Source: Piromyces finnis finn
Lineage: Eukaryota; Fungi; Neocallimastigomycota
DNA: 64,000 bases
Direction: 5' to 3'
NCBI GenBank assembly: GCA_002104945.1
Contig: MCFH01000027.1
Location: 310,001-374,000, forward strand
Shown here: positions 43,970 through 60,846 of the stretch, piece after piece
Layout: each line of letters begins with the position of its first letter
Position numbering within the stretch: the first letter of the stretch is position 1
The notes under the pieces: generated by a model
The model's database searches: none
Told to the model about the DNA's origin: nothing
What the model saw: only the letters and a program-made list of their open reading frames with translations
Translations under genes and position numbers: made by a program

Positions 43970-46900
43970 GGCATCAAATATTTTAAACTTTATTATTAAT
44001 TTAATTAAAATTATAATACATGTAATAAAAAATTAAAAATAAATAAAAATAAAAAAAATATGTTTAAATAAACACAAATGAATAAAAATTGGGTATAATG
44101 TATTCTAGTAATTTTAATTAAAGTAAGAAAGCCACTATCATACTAAAGTATAATAATTGTATTTGACTTCCAATGGGACACCGAGCCAAAGATCAAAATT
44201 TTGTCATGGAACAAAATTATGATCTCCATTGGTTGCGCTGGCCCTCCTGGCCTGTCTTACTGTTTCTTCAGCATTGACGCTCTTGGATGTTGCTTCAAAC
44301 CTTTTGAACATTGACCATTGCTGGCCAATAGCAAAAGGCATGATTTTGGTTAGAAGTTCCGCGGTTACCGTCAAGAATGGTGCTCCTTCATTAGTACCAG
44401 ATTGAATCTGACGCTTACAAAGTTCTTTCCATTCCCTTGAATTGTAATTGATATTGTTAAAACTTCTTCCCCCAAGAAGGAATTTAAATATTTTACTGCA
44501 CACACTAGAATAATCATACACATTAATATTCACCGGATTATTAGAACTATTACTATCATTAACTAAATTACTATCTAAATTAGAATTATTATCTTCACTA
44601 TTGCTATCATTACTAATATTATTATTTCTATTATTGTTATTATTACTATTGTTACTATTACTAATGTTACTATTACTATTGTTATTACTACTATTGTTAC
44701 TATTACTATTAATGTTATTACTATCTCTACTGATATTATCAATTTCATTATTATTGATAGGACTATTGGAATTACGTTGACTGAAAAAATTTAATAGCTG
44801 GACTATGGAATCATAATGTTTAATACGGATATCTCTAAATGTTGGACAATCTAATAACCAATGTTTAATACTTTGATCTCCACACTTGCAACATGGACAG
44901 TAGTTAGGACAAACTGGATCAACAAATTTAGCAGCTTTGGCAACTCTAGCATCCAACTTATATCCGCTTCTTGCTTTCAATAGCCAGTAGAAGCCATAGG
45001 CAAACTCTGGGTACTCATAACATAATTTAATAAAATCTTTAGTTTCAATAAATTTATTATCATCATAATATTGCGCTTTGATTGAATTCCCTTTGAGATC
45101 TTTCCAATAAAAGTTTTTAACTGCTTTAACATCTCCATGCTTCTTTAGTTTTTTTTCAAGTGTCCTACTTGATTTGCACCACGTGTATTTTCTAAATTTA
45201 GGAATGTAATTGACAAGGTGTGAGATAATACAATTTGAGTTTTTCCATTTGTTAAAACATCTAACCTGAGCTAACGCACATTTGGCTGACAATGGAGGAA
45301 TATTCAAATCTTTTGAGATAGAGTATAAAGATATAAACGATACAGCTTTATGAACTCCGGCAACCCATCGTATTCCTTTGTTAACATGCTTCTGAGCAAT
45401 CCTAGACCTAGCTTTGTTGGATCCAAGTAATGGTGCAAAGTATGAAACTCTGCTAATCACTTGTGAGTTAAGTACTAGTTTTTTGAAAGGAATAGGAATA
45501 TTAGGATTTCTTAAGAATTTACTGACTGAGAAAAGTCCTTTCAAAACCTTGTTATTAAGAACATTAATTACTGGTTTAAGGGACAAATTCTTATCAAATG
45601 GAACACCAAGATAAGTGTAGCAGTCAGTAGTTGGAATGGGTTGTCCTGCTAAGTAAAATGTTGGATCTCTCTTGTTCTGATTTTCTATTGATTCAGGACG
45701 AATCACCATCGTTGAACATTTCTGGATACCAAATTCCATTTCATTATACAAGGCCCATTCATTAACTCTTCTAAGCATCTTTTTTAAGCATCCTCTTGTT
45801 GGAGCACAAATAACTATATCATCTGCAAAAAGTCCACCACAGCATCGAGTGTCACCTAAACTGACTCCGAGATCTTCACACTCTTTAAATATATCATTAA
45901 TAAAGAGATTAAAAAGAATAGGCGAAAGTGGGCAACCTTGACGGACTCCTTTCTTCACATCAAAAGATTTCGAGAATTGTCCATCTAATTTGACATTAGC
46001 CTTAGATGTTAAATATAAATTTTTGATAAATTGTAAACTCTTACCTCGGATTCCTAAACAATCTAATTTATGGAGAATATTACCGATTGGGACTGAATCG
46101 TATGCTTTCCTGAGATCTAAAAAGGCCAAATATGTCTCTTTATTATCTAATTGACGTCTACGGCATATTTCTTGGATTGAAATGAAAAGACTAATACTTT
46201 CTTCCTTTTTTCGAAAACCAAATTGTTCAGGTCTAATGAAATTATTCTTTAAACCATATTCTGAGATTCTAGTGGTGACAATTTTGGAAATCAACTTAAT
46301 GCCATTATTGATAAGTGATATACCTCGATAGTTATCACAATCTGTCAAATCTCCCTTCTTAGGAATAGAAACAATACTGGATTCATTCCATGAGTTGGGG
46401 AAATCTCCATCCCAAATACGGTTAAATAATTTAAGAATAAAATTTAAACCATGAGCATCATTATCTGAAGTAGTATTACCAGAAGAATTATTACCTGTAG
46501 CATTATTAGAATCATTACTTGATGGAATTAATGCTTTGTAAAATTCAATTGGAATACCATCCGGACCTGATGCTTTATAATTTGGAGTAGAGAGGATAGC
46601 TGACTTGACTTCATCAATACTAATATCTTGGTTGATATCCCACTCATCAAGCATAGGAAGTGAAAAACGTTTATTCATTGGTTCTTCATACCAATGCTCC
46701 AAATCAAGACTTACACCACTTGGATCTGATGCAAGGTTTTCGAAATGATCATGCCACACATCTAGTTGTTCTTCCGTAGCAACAACTAATTCTCCATTTT
46801 TATTTTTAATTGGTTGAGCAATAAAGAAAGAATCTTTTCCAATTTTTGCAGTTTTCTTGATCCATTTCCAGGCCTTCTTAGGATTATGACTCTTCATATA

Positions 46901-49631
46901 CTCACATCCTGTTTTAATCCAATGAAGATATTCTTGCTTCCTAAATTCATTACATCTTTTGTGGATGTAATCAATGAGCTTACGGTAGATTTTAATTCTT
47001 TTAATAAATTCATCTATATCATAAATTCTTTCTTTTTTAAATCTCTTATACAACTTCATTTTGATTTTTTGAAGATTAAAAATTTGTTGTGAAATATGAA
47101 ATGAAGACTTTATAACATTATTTGCTGAGGTAATACTGAGCTCGTCTGCAATTGAAAAAGCAGTTGAAGTAAACTCTTTGGAAAGTTCATCTGTAGAAAC
47201 ATTAGGATCGTTGAATTTTGCTGAAAGTATTTGGAATTTATTATGACTGAGAATAGATTCCTTTTCCTCAATACATTTTAATCTATTCCATTTCAGAATT
47301 TTCTTAGGAACATTAAAGTCATTAGAAAAATCTTCCATAGGAATAATTTTACCATTAATAAGAAGTGGCTTATGGTCTGATACAGGATAAAAATTATTTA
47401 TAAATGATCCTGAGTGAATAAGATCTTTCATCTTCGAATTGATAAGAGCATGGTCAATGTCGGAAGATTGATCACCTCGAGTCCAAGAGATAGTAGACCC
47501 TCTAAGCGGAAGAATTTCCCAATCTCCTAATCCATTAGTTGATAACCAGTTGGATAATTTTACTTTAGACATATTAAAATCACCAACAAGAATCGATGGA
47601 TGGGATGAATGAGTTTGTAACCACAAGCGAACTTCTAACTTTGCATGATCAACATAGATGTTGTGATGACTATGAGGCATATAAACATTTCCAATCGAGC
47701 ATTTGAATCTATTCCAGAGACTAAAAGTATAAATAGAAATAATATACTTTCCAGAGAAGTTTTCAAGTGAGGCTTGACACGAATTGTGAAAACCTAAATA
47801 TAAACCTCTCATTCCTGGAACTGATTCGTCAGCTTTCTTGAAAAAGTGTCTATAGTTTCACAAAGTAACACGACAAGGATAATCTGTATTCGATCCAGAA
47901 CCATTACCAGTTTCTTGGAAACATAAAAATAATGGTTTGAAAATAGCTGTGAAATAGCTAATACTATCTCTCTTTTCGTGATTCCACCCATTGGTGTTCC
48001 AACTAAGACAAAAAGAAAAGTTATCAGGCTTGTTGGATGAGGAAGAATCGTTGCTATTATTATTATTATTAAAGTCATCGTTATTAATGGATGATGCATC
48101 AGAGGAATAAGTAGAACTATTACTAGATGGCTGTGAAGCTGAAGAACTATCAACTATTGAACTGTTATTTGAGTTGATAGAACTATTAGAATTAATTGTT
48201 GAATGTTGAGATTGAAATTGTGTTAGCTGTAGATCTGGAATATTTTCATGATGGGAAACTTGTTGAAGATCTTGTTGAAGATCTTGTTGAAGATCGGATT
48301 GTTGATGAGATTGTTGAACTGATTGTTGAAATGAATGTTGAATAGAATGTTGATGTTTATTAGAAACTAAAATTTTACGTTTGAGAGTGGAAAAAGTGTA
48401 TTTGTGATTCCTTCTACTACGAGCTGAAAAGGAAATTGAGGTAACTGAAAGTTTCTTCTTTAACATGTGTAAGATTTTAATACAATCTTTTGATGAACCA
48501 TGAACCTTGACTAAGAAAAAGTGATCATTGAAAGTCTGAAAATATTTAACACTAATAACTGAATTAAATTTATCTTCTAGAATAACCTCGAGTTTTTCCC
48601 ATAGCATATTTACTGACCATGATCGAATACCACGGATAAAGAAGGAGCGAATATCATCTAAGGGGATACCATAAGACCGGGTACCACGTCTGATATAATT
48701 CTTATCTTTAATATAAAGGACTGACATGATAATTAATTCTAATTAAAAAAAATTGAATATAAAATAAATACTAATAAAAAATATAAATATAACGTATATG
48801 GAAAAAAATCTGTCTCTCTCTCTCTTCTTAAAAGTACTGGATAGTACAAAAATTGTTATGATGCTTTGTTTAAAGTTTCTTTTTTTTTTTTTTTTTTTTG
48901 AATTCTAGTTGTAAATTTTCTTTAAAAATTCTAGTTTTGGTTTGTTGTTAGTAAATTCGATTCGCTTTTTGACACTAAAATTGTTTGACTTTACTTTTCA
49001 TTAAATATTTAAATTGGTAAAAAATTTGAATCAAGAATGTCGACACCAGAAAGCTTGTGAATAGTATTTTTACATGATGTAGAGTGAATCAGTCTCTTAC
49101 AAGAAACAATACAACAATAGCTACATGAATATAAAAATACAATGCAAATGCTAAAGTTGACTACATTGGATTCTTACAAGAGAAGAGTAGTACTACATGA
49201 ATACATGAATAAAAGAAAAAAATACAGCAACAAAATGTATTACTCTTCTAATTAAATACTATACAAACTTACCTGAATATCAAACATTCAACTTATTCAT
49301 CAAATACTTAAATTCGATGAATAAAATGTTTTTTAATCGCTCAGTACCATGAGCTTAGTCCTAATAATTTTCCCTTAAAGACTAACCAAGCATCCATTGC
49401 GCAATGCTTGGATTTAATTCTTTCTACTCTCTCAGTACCATGAGCATGAGTAGACCCCCTTGAGAAATTACATTTATTAAATAAATGAAGGCACATTCCT
49501 AAGAGGGCACCAAGCATCCATTGCGCAATACTTGGATTTAATTCTTTCTACTCTCTCAGTACCATGAGCATGAGTAGACCCCCTTGAGAAACTACATTTA
49601 TTAAATAAATGAAGGCACGTTCCCAAGAGGG
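43930..49631 (-). mobile_element. LINE copy F: full-length, one nonsense codon, 37-nt poly(A), 15-bp TSD
   Basis: TSD cccgatgaactgtaa at 43915-43929 and 49632-49646. The ORF spans 48727-44204 and is broken only by CGA>TGA at 47860-47858; both pieces are in the same frame. Confidence 0.95.
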
Positions 49632-50494
49632 CCCGATGAACTGTAAAGCTGTTCATTCAAATGTCTTTGTTCCGCCTTATCGATTTGTAGCTCATCATAA
49701 GCTAAAATTCCACCAAGAAGGAACGTTAGATTTAATAGATAATATTTTAAAAACTTTAGTGTACTTTTTTTTTAATACACATTATATTTAATAATAAAAA
49801 AATAAAAAATGCATTAATAAAAAAGAACTATTATTTCGACTTGGACACCCCCTGCAACGGTGAGTCTAAATTTAATTTCAAAATTAATCCTCATGATTTA
49901 ATATTTTCTTGTCTTCTTCATATAACTTACTATAAATATAATTTTATATAATAAAGCATATGACATATTTTTTCATACCATCTTCTATAAATATAAATTT
50001 TGTTATTTAAAAATTATTATTTTAAACTATCATTCTTAATAAAAGAAAAAGAAATAATAATTAAATCAATGTCATTTTCATGCATTTAAAAATCAAAAAT
50101 TTTTACTTTGAAGAAATTAGTCAATAAAAAAGTAATAATGTCTTTAAAGTTTAAAAATCAAATAAATTAATTTTAATTCAACTCTTTAAAATTTTTTTAT
50201 TTGCTTTATTTACTAATTTCTTGCTATTTTTATTTACATTTTATTTTTTTTTTCTTACTTTTTAAATATACTTTTTTATTTTTTTATTTTTTTAAAGTAA
50301 AATAAATATTCAAATTTTTTCTCATTCTTTTTATTTATTCCTATATTTTTAAGTTTTTTTTCTATTTTATTTATATTTATTTTTTATAATTATATAATTT
50401 CTTTATGTTTTTCGTTTTATTTTTATTTATATAAAAATAGATTACGATATATAAAAAAATTTATTAATTAAGCAATATTCCTAAATTAATTAAT

Positions 50495-51964
50495 TTAGAA
50501 TGGTGGGTTGGCGTTTTCAAGACCTTGTTCAAAGTGCTTTTGGAACCATTGACCGGCTTCTGGAGCTGGCTTCATGGCAGTAGCGTGTCCACAGTAACCA
50601 TCGTAACGCTTAGCACTAGTATCAGAAGTACCATCGGATTCACCGAGTGGCTTAACCCAGTAGAAAGCATCAAGATAATCCATACCGGAAATTGGGTTGG
50701 CTTGTGGTCTGGCACCAATACCAACACCAGTTTGGTTACACCATTCACCTGGGTGGGTACGATCGGTCTTGTGACCGTTACGAGAAGTATCATCAATGAA
50801 GTAAACAGACTTGATACCAGCAGACTTGAAGTCCTTGTACATAGCTTCAATGTATCTCTTTTCATCTGGACATGGATTCCATTCAGTGTCTGGACCACGA
50901 GAAAGAGTTGGGTCTTCCCATGGAGTGTAGTTAGCAACATTGGAAGCGAAACCACGAACTTGACCTGGAGAACCAGAAGAAATAACCTTAGCGTAAACCT
51001 TACCAGCCTTTTCACGGTTATCATCCCAACCTAACCAGAAGGCGTGACCAATATCAAGGTACATAGCAACGTGCTTAAGAACACCGAGCTTCTTGATTAA
51101 GTAAGCGTGACCATCTAAGTAGTACTTTTCAGAGTCACGACAAGCTGGAGTGTTTTCAAGGTTAGTGACCATGTTAGCAAGAGAATCTGGTTCAACAATA
51201 AGAACAACTGGTTGAGAGATGTAAGTCTTTAACTTTTCTTCAATGACATCAATGTATTCAGTCTTGTAACGAGCAGCATCACTGTCATTAGCAAGAAGTT
51301 CACCATTGGAGGCAAGAGCGTGACAATCACGACCTGGTAAATCGTAAACAACGAAAACGGTTAAGACAGTCTTACCAGTTTGGTTTTGTTCAGCAAGAGC
51401 AGTCTTAAGGTTTCTTTCTAACCAATTGTTCATGTTTTCAATGGTATCTAACCAAATAGCGTTAGAGTATTCCTTCATCTTCTTAGCCTTAGCAATAAGA
51501 GAAGAGTTAGACATTTGAGCGATGGCAGCATCAACTTCAGCAGTGTAGTATGGGTTGATGAAGAACTTGTGACCCTTGAATGGGTTACCAGAGTGAGTAT
51601 ATTGGGAACCAATAACTGGGTTTTCATCATTACCAACATTTGGAGTAGAACCTTGGCTGGAATTACCGTTGATACCACACCAATCGCCGTTTTCAATACC
51701 CCAAGCACCATCACCATCAGTGTAAACAGCAGTAGAGGTAGAAGTACAGCATGGGTAACCTAATGGTTGAGACCAGCAGCTTTCAGCCTTTGGAATACCA
51801 CACCAGTCACCGTTTTCAACACCCCATTCACCATCATTATCGGTGAACCAAACTTGAGCAGAGCTGGAAGAACAGCATGGGTAACCTAATTTTTGGGACC
51901 AGCAAGCAGCAGAAGCCTTAGCGGCAAGAGCAGCAACAGCAGTTAAAGCAATAGAAGTCTTCAT
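50495..51964 (-). CDS. cel6: Second dockerin(2)-GH6 cellulase, convergent with the first
   Basis: Same domain architecture and motifs; ATG at 51964; different linker. Confidence 0.96.
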   Translation of the reverse strand: MKTSIALTAVAALAAKASAACWSQKLGYPCCSSSSAQVWFTDNDGEWGVENGDWCGIPKAESCWSQPLGYPCCTSTSTAVYTDGDGAWGIENGDWCGINGNSSQGSTPNVGNDENPVIGSQYTHSGNPFKGHKFFINPYYTAEVDAAIAQMSNSSLIAKAKKMKEYSNAIWLDTIENMNNWLERNLKTALAEQNQTGKTVLTVFVVYDLPGRDCHALASNGELLANDSDAARYKTEYIDVIEEKLKTYISQPVVLIVEPDSLANMVTNLENTPACRDSEKYYLDGHAYLIKKLGVLKHVAMYLDIGHAFWLGWDDNREKAGKVYAKVISSGSPGQVRGFASNVANYTPWEDPTLSRGPDTEWNPCPDEKRYIEAMYKDFKSAGIKSVYFIDDTSRNGHKTDRTHPGEWCNQTGVGIGARPQANPISGMDYLDAFYWVKPLGESDGTSDTSAKRYDGYCGHATAMKPAPEAGQWFQKHFEQGLENANPPF

Positions 51965-54900
51965 TTTAAATAATATTTTTTTAAAAAATAGTGATTCTAG
52001 CACTAGAGAATTTAATTTTTATTTTTTTTTCTTCCAGAGAAAAAAACTTAGAATAATAATTAATTATTTAATTAATTTATTTTGAATTTTTATTTAAAAG
52101 AGAAAACTTCGCTCTTTTATATGAATTTTCTCATATGAACTTTAATTAATATGATTGTATTGCTAAAATTAATTAATATAAAAAAAATTATGTTATTTCT
52201 TGTTTTGTCTTTGTTTTCCTATTATTTTTTTTTTAATTTAATAATTTTAATATTAATATAATTTATTGTTATGATGAAATTATACAATTATGGATATTAA
52301 TTATTTTTTAAAATTTTCGTTATCCTTTACATAATAATATAAACAGTATTAGCAATATATTTTGAAATGAATTATTCTATATATTATTATTTTGTTTTGT
52401 TTTGTTTTGTATAAAAACTCTGAATTAAGAGTAAATATGAATAACAAAATGATGTAAATAAGTATATATTTATTAAATAAAAAACTCATAATTAATTAAA
52501 ATTTTTATAACTCTATTTCAAGGATATATTTTATATCATAAAATATACATCATCTTTTCATTAAAAATTTTTGTATTACAATTTATTAATTAAAATCATT
52601 ATATTCAAAATTAATTAAAAATAAATAAATATAAAAATGATAAACATAAAAAATTATTTAATAAGGTTTATTAATACCATTATTTTTCCATATTTAATCA
52701 TTAAGGTTATTAATAGTATTTTTTTAGGTAGTACAATTCTAGTATTTAATATAAAAAATTTTTATTTATTTTTTTTTTTATAAAATTTTAATGGTGACAT
52801 TTGACTTTTTTAGAATAAATTGGAAAATAATTATCTTTAAAAAATAAATAAGAAAGATAATTAACAAAATAATATAATTTAAAATTCAAGAATGAAAGTT
52901 AAAGAAATTCAATAATTTTCCTAAATTAAAAATGGTTAATTATAAAAGTTAATTATAATAAACATTTATAATAAAAAGTAGCTTTGAATCTAAGGAAAAG
53001 ATTTTTTTATTATTTTGAAATGAATTGTAGCGCTTACTTCAATAGCTTGTATATTAAAATTATATTAAATAGATGAATAGAATCTTTTATAAATCATTCA
53101 TAATTAAATAATAAAAAATTAATTTAATAAAGGATAAAAAAAAAAAGTTTTTTTTTTGGAAAATAATAAAAGTTAATTAAATTATATCATTCTTAAATAA
53201 TGAAATAAAGTAACATATTAATATGAATGATGATTATAATGACTAAACTGGTAGTGGTATTACCTGAAAAACAAATACTAAATATAATAATAATCTTTTA
53301 AAGAAAAATGGTATATAAATAAAGTATAAAAATTGTTGACTCTCACAACTATCTTAATAATGATAATGACATTAATATATTATCATCTGGTATATAAATA
53401 TATGAATAATTATCATACCTAGTATATAATATGAATAATATGTATTTTAAATTAAATTTATGAATTAAAAATTGGTAACAATTAAAGTAAAAAAAAAAAA
53501 AAAGTTTCTTAAAATGACTATTTTAATGCTAATGAGGCTCAGTATATAATATAGAGATAAATTACAAAATGTAATAATAATGTACCTTGATTTTTAATTT
53601 TTTAGTATACATTTCTTCTTCACCTTATTATTGGTTCAATATTGTTTTAAAGTATACTTTGAACAATATATGAACATTGAATTTTAATGGTTTATACATT
53701 AAATTAACTTTGATTATTCATTATTAATCATAAAAAAAAGTCATGACTAATGATTACATAAAATCCTTGATTTATTTATTATAGATAAGGTTTAATAATA
53801 AATAAAGTTTTAATTTAAATATTTTTTCCTATTGTTAAATTTTTTACTTTTAAATGTATCATACTTATCAAGTGACTTTATATATTGTAAATGTGTCATT
53901 AATATAATTATTAGTCATATTTACTAATACTGTTACTTCTATTAATACTAGTTTTTCTAAAGAAAAAAATTATCTATTTTTTTAATATTATATATTTTAT
54001 ATTATAAAATGTATAACATTGAACTATAACAAATATAATATTATATATTATATATTATTAATAATATTTAATAATGGCCTATCTCCTTTTTTACTTGTTA
54101 TTTTTTTTTTTTCTCTTGTAAATGTGGTAATGATTGTTTTATTATATTTTAATTAACCCCTGATAAAATATATATAATTATTATAAATATATATTTTTAT
54201 AATAAAATATTTTATATTAGAATTTTAATATTTTAATATTTTCTATATTAGAAATGCATAATAATTATGTACTGAAAAAATTAAAGTACGAATTTATATA
54301 TAATCTTGTTAAATTTTGATATTTTCCTTTATTATTACATTTTATGTTAATGTTGTTTGCTGTTATTTAATGTTAACTTTTTTTTTTTTAATATATAATT
54401 TTTAATAATATTTTTTTATTATTTGACTGATTTTTTTTCCTTCTTCCAAATCTTTTCATTAACCTTTTAGTATCATGATTAAACCTGAAATTTTCTATTT
54501 TTATAAATTATTTGTAAAATAATGTTCCAAAATAAAATGGGAAAAAGTTCTGTTTTTATAGTTTTTTTGAAATAAAGTTAGAAAAAAAAGTGAGAAAAAA
54601 AAAAAAGATTTTCCTTGATTTACCTTTATAATAAATTAAATTTTAATTAAAAATATTTTCTTTTTCTTTTTCTTTAAAGGAACTCCTTTTGAATTTCAAG
54701 GTTTTTTGTTTTATTCTATAGATCATTGGTAAATTTTAATTAATATTAAAACATAAAGTTAAAAAAAAGTCATTTGAAAATCTATTAATTATATATATTT
54801 AATATTTAAAATGTACTTTTTACTTCTTCTTTTTTCTAAAAAAAAGGGAAAAAAAAAAAAAGATAAAAAATAGTATCAAATCGTTTCAAAAGTAATTTTA

Positions 54901-56316
54901 ATGTTTTTTTATTTATTTTCATATCATTCCATGTTTCTTATTGGTAAAAAAAAAAAGTTAGATTTACCTTTATTTTGAAACAAATAAATCCATGAATATT
55001 AAAAAAAAAAATGGACAATTAATAAAAAAATTGATTAATATAGAAATTGATAATAAAAAAAAAAAAAAGTGAAGATCTTTTCATTAATTAAAAAGCATGA
55101 AACACTTTCCAAATTCTATTCATATTAAATTTTATACTTTTTATTATGACTACAAAATGGATTAGAATTTCTATATTAAAGTTTAAAATACACTTAACCT
55201 TACACAAAGTAAAAATTTGAAAAAAGAAAACTTACCTTACAAGGTTGATGATGTAATTATAATGATCATTCCTTTAAATGATAAAAAAAATATTGATACT
55301 TTGGAGGTTTTATTCAGTTTTTTTTAGTAAATAATATATATTCTACTTAACGGTATTCTATTCATTAAATGATAATATATAAACTTATTCTTTTTTTTTT
55401 TTTTTTATTTTATCGAGTTATAAACTATTTTATATAATAAAATTTTTTAATTAAAGGCTATAAATAAAGGTTAGGATTCATTATTATATTTAAATTTCTA
55501 AATTATACAAAACAATTACAAAATAAAATATTATTATTAAATTATACTATCGATATAGATAATATCACTTAAAGAATGAACAATCAAAGATTATTACTAT
55601 TTTATATACAAGTGATTAAAAGTATTTATTATTCAATAGAAAAAGATAAAAAAAAAAAAAAGAAAAAACATTAAATTCTATTAAATTCGGATTTAGTATA
55701 TCAAATTCTAATAAGATTAGATTAGCTAACAAAAAATAATGAACCGTCATATTTGATAATTTATTCTGAAATATTAAAAAAAATAAAATATATATAATTA
55801 TATATTATTGATAATTTAAAATAAACATTTAATAATTAATAGAATAATAAATATAATTTTGCAGTTTCTCTTTTTTTTTTTTTTTCTTATTCTTCTTCTT
55901 TTCAGCAGAATTTTATAGTTTAAATAAAAATTTATAAAGTACATTATGTAATCTAACCTTTTAATTTATTAAAGTTTAATATATAAAAAATACTTTTTAA
56001 TCTGAATTATTATTTAAAAATATTTTTATTTTTTAATTTGTTTAATTTGATATAAAAATATATCAAATTAACAAGAGGCAATATTAAAAATATTAATATT
56101 TAAGGTTTTTAAAAATTTTTGTTTTTTTCATGGAGAAAACTCTTACATTTGATATGATCATTAATAACATATATATTCATAATCTGACAGGCTTCTAATT
56201 GATAATAAAATAGTTTATAGAAAAGAAGGAATAAAATAAAAAATAGAATAAAAAAAAAAAAAAGAGAGAGATATAATTTTTTTTTTTTTTTTTTTGATTT
56301 TTGATTAGAAAGAAAA

Positions 56317-60009
<3,693 letters not shown>

Positions 60010-60763
60010 TGATAATAAAAAAACAACCATATATATAAAACTAAATATATAGATAACAAATATAATAAATAATATATATAAATAAGAATTAAATCACTAC
60101 GCCATTATACATAAACTATAGTTAATATAGTAATATATATTTAAAAAAAATATATATATATAAAAAGATATAGATGTAATATCTTTTTTATATATTTTTC
60201 AATAATATATGTAATAATAAATTCTATCAGTTATTTTTTTTTCTATTATTTTATTTTTATTTATTATTAGATGACAATTAAAAATAATTATTTAAAGAAA
60301 ATATATAATATTTATAAAAAAAATAATAAATATTATCATACAAACAAATAGGACGAAAAAAAAAAAAAGTCTTTTTTATTAATAATATATATCAAAAACG
60401 ATCTTTTAATATATAGAAGTTTAGAAATTGAAAATAAAGTAATTTATTCATTAATAATAAAGCATTTAATGTTATTTAAAAGAAAGGATTAGTAATTAAA
60501 AATACTAAAGGTTTAACACATATTTAAATGTATTTTTTTTAAAAAAAATTTAATTTATAATTTTTATTTATTTTAAACTTTAAAATTAAATTTTTTTTTT
60601 TTTTTTTGTATATTTTTTATTAAATTAATTTTTGGGTACTTAAAAAAGAAGAGAATTTTATGTAATATAAGATAGTCAAAAAAAAAAAAATATATATATA
60701 TAAGTATATAAATATAGTCTATTTTTTAATAATAATAATAAAATAAAAAAATAAGACAAAGCA

Positions 60764-60764
<1 letters not shown>

Positions 60765-60826
<62 letters not shown>
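60765..60826. repeat. (CAA)n microsatellite ~20 nt upstream of the esterase ATG
   Basis: Direct reading. Confidence 0.95.
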
Positions 60827-60827
<1 letters not shown>

Positions 60828-60846
60828 AATCAATAATAAAAAAAAA

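Noticed and set aside
33263-51964. One large inverted segmental duplication (GH6-LINE / LINE-GH6)
   Set aside because: Each full-length LINE has its own distinct TSD and unrelated flanks, and the DNA between GH6 and LINE is not mirrored. The symmetry comes from independent insertions.
53220-53420. Possibly decayed coding sequence in the 52-56 kb intergenic region
   Set aside because: Short, with stops in all frames and no recognisable motif.
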